64,000 nucleotides of DNA. It comes from Takakia lepidozioides (taxonomy: Eukaryota; Plantae; Bryophyta). Of this stretch, positions 61,423 to 64,000 are shown in pieces (the stretch's first letter is position 1; each line of letters opens with the position of its first letter). A program made the translations under genes and the position numbers. The notes beneath the pieces are model-generated. The model was not told the origin of the DNA. It searched no databases and saw only the letters and a list, made by a program, of their open reading frames with translations. The DNA lies in assembly GCA_030704615.1 (NCBI GenBank), contig CM060731.1:52824001-52888000 (forward strand). The letters run 5' to 3'.

Positions 61423-63506
61423 CTAAGTGTGGGCTCCTTCGGACTCACTGTTGTGCAAGTATTGCTGAACATAAAGCTCTTGCTTGGAGATGCAGAACGA
61501 TCCCATTTGCTCGCCAGGCTCCATGACAAACTGTTCACTGAATGTACCCATCCGCCGCTTCTGGATATCAGTGCAGGGGCTGCTTGGCACACCATCCACT
61601 TGAACGCCATCTCCTGTTTGATAGGAACTGTATTGTCACAATGGTGGACCACTGAACAACCTACATATTAGATTTATATATAGATAGAGCCTTAAAGTAA
61701 GTAAAATGCTCACCACAGTGGTGCAGAGAGATAAAATTACACCAGGTATGGGGCTATAAATTCCTATGAGAACTTTGGCTCAGAACAGAGAACCCTATTG
61801 GACAGTACTGTTAGGGCAATATACCCTTTTGGTCAAGCATGTGCCAAAATGCACAAAAACTGCTTACTCAGTTAGACTGTAGGTGAAACAAACACCAAAC
61901 CCAACTAGGCACTGCCTGTTGCAAAAAGGTCCCCAGCAGCAAACGCTGACAGCTAGCAGTTGGTCAAAGCCTTATCCTCCCTAGAGATGTCAATCTTAGA
62001 GTGGAGTGAGTGTTAGTGACATAAGGTCTTATTGATGAATACCTCTGACAGCTGGGAGGTACACTGGTACAGCCAAAATACGGACAGATGACGCAGCTGT
62101 CCCAGAGAAGTGCAGTAAGGGTTACAAAACTAATAAATCCTTGCCTCCCTCCTCTTGCAGACGTCCAACAATGAACAGGGAAGGAATCCCCACATACATT
62201 TACATGAAGTGCCCAAAAAAGTACAAACCTGTTGGCACAAAATGAGTTCCAACGACGAAGGAACCTGACACGCGAATCATGACCCCACGTTCGGCAAACG
62301 CACAGCACTGCAGGTTTTCCACCACATGCACTAATCTCTCTTCCTCATGATCACATGCCAGCATGTTACGGATGTTACTCAATGTTTTGAAGATCTCATC
62401 TGCCCCAGTCGCGATCTGATTTGCGAACCTGAATCAGAGCAAGCGCATAACCTCATCAGATCTCTCAAGGGCTTGGGAACTTGGTAAACGACCAAAACAT
62501 CTTCAATAAGACCAGAAATACACTTCAAAACCTGCCATCTAGCCCAGCTTTTGCAAGCTGAGAAGGAGGCGAGCAACACAAACAGTGACAGATGATAATT
62601 CAAGACACAGATTTTTAATTTGGATAACACTGGGGTAAAACAGATTACGAAAGCGTAGAGTTTGGGCGATATATGCTTTTCATGTGGGGCCACCGCACTT
62701 GGGCTCCATCAAACAACATGTAATAGTGCACTGTGAGCATCTGCTACCACACCCAGGAAATCAGGAGGATATCAGCCAACAAACTGCAAAAAGCTATGCA
62801 ATTTCCGCTAAACAAAAAAAAGATAAAAAAGAGAGATCTTACAGTCATGCTGCCTGCACAAGTGAACAAAAATCCTCTAACAAGGGATCAATGATGTGGC
62901 TGTTGGTGCACTTCCAGTCAATATTAAACATATGTTGCAGTAGAGAAAGAGAGAGAGAGAGAGACTCTATGTGGGGTCTCGCCACTTCCTCTTGGGAAAC
63001 AGATCATCAGAGAGCGAGAGTAGTAGGGGTCCAATACGACCAAAGAATGGTGGCTACCTAACGCAGTGGAGCTCAGAAGAGAAAATTACATCAGATAAGT
63101 CTTTGAGGCGTTCAGTGGGATCAAAAATACTATGAACAAAGCCGGCCAGGTCCACCTGGGTGTTGTCATATTTTGTAATGAAAGGATGTGCCAGCAACTG
63201 CACAGACAAATAGCACAAAATTATCACAAAGAATTAGTAACTTCTACGTGGGATTCCAACATGTCAGCTTCCTGCACTAGGTGCTACAACATCAGTCCAA
63301 ACTAGATAGTCCCAAAGATTAGACAAAAGAACGTACAAAGTATTGAAAAGAGAGATCTGTGTCAGAAAAGGAAACAAAATTGGAGGAGAGACCTGTTCAG
63401 CTGTTGGCCGAGCATCAGCTTCTTTCAGGAGGCAAGCATCGACAAAGGACCGAAACTCCCAGGAGAATCGATCAGCAGGAGGTGACGGAGATGGATCATA
63501 CATAAC
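61423..63506 (-). CDS. MKK3: Group B MAP kinase kinase with C-terminal NTF2 domain, 3' exons (gene continues beyond the window)
   Basis: Five exons: VMYDPSPSPP..EFRSFVDACLLKEADARPTAEQ | LLAHPFI..DPTERLKDLSD | MLTVHYYMLFDG | ..LVHVVENLQC..IRVSGSFVVG | GDGVQVDG..RMGTFSEQFVMEPG..SKQELYV...* (stop 61423). Confidence 0.92.
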
Positions 63507-64000
63507 CTTCATCCATACAAGTTCTACTTTTCCATCAGCAGTAAGCTAATGAATTAGAATAGCTTCTAGCATTCACCAACATAAGACTGACAAGATGGTA
63601 ATACCTTAGGAAGCCTATTGCATTGAGCCTAAACTGTAAACTCGATGATTATATCTGCTGCAAATACTTCAACATCCCTAAGCTGCCTATTCTTATCTTC
63701 GTTTATTTTTCTTACTCCCAACTTCCATTTCTTCCTGCACCAACTGAGAATAGCTACATTTTATAACTTTCGCATTCCCTCCTGACCAAATTGTAGCTGG
63801 TGCTCAGTAGTGGAAGTGAGTTAATACACATAGAACTATGCCAGCCTTATATGTGTACTGTAGGTTTACAAAGCCTATCCAAATCTTCACTGATCCAGAT
63901 TCTCGAAGAAGGCTGGGTGGTGAGGCATTGGTATCAGGACTCCACCCTCAACAGAGGCTTATGACCTTCCACACAACCTTTGACCACCGGAAAAGCCCAT

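Overview
Gene-dense nuclear DNA from a non-seed land plant, probably bryophyte-grade (inferred from short introns, PLS-DYW PPRs and a trnG(UCC)-rps4 mitochondrial insert). The left arm holds a P-class PPR gene head-to-head with a 10-exon HSP101 and a GBF-type bZIP with an intronless CDS. The right arm holds a ~20-exon UBP14, an orphan CYP72-clan exon and the 3' half of MKK3. Between them (~18.4-45.4 kb) is an accessory zone with three degenerate PLS-E/DYW editing-factor copies, captured PAL and UBP14 exons, and a nest of mobile elements: a Helitron-like repeat field, hAT MITEs, an LTR with tRNA-Arg PBS, a Harbinger-like TIR element, a CACTA carrying mitochondrial DNA, and an RNase H + RLE (Dualen/RandI-like) retrotransposon with a structured 3' end. 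The best candidate for something new is an apparently intact two-coding-exon gene (36499-37335, minus). It encodes a 131-aa secreted, 10-Cys protein resembling fungal Ecp2/Hce2-like effectors and lies between hAT TIRs with identical 8-bp flanks. All homology calls come from motif recognition by eye; no searches were run.
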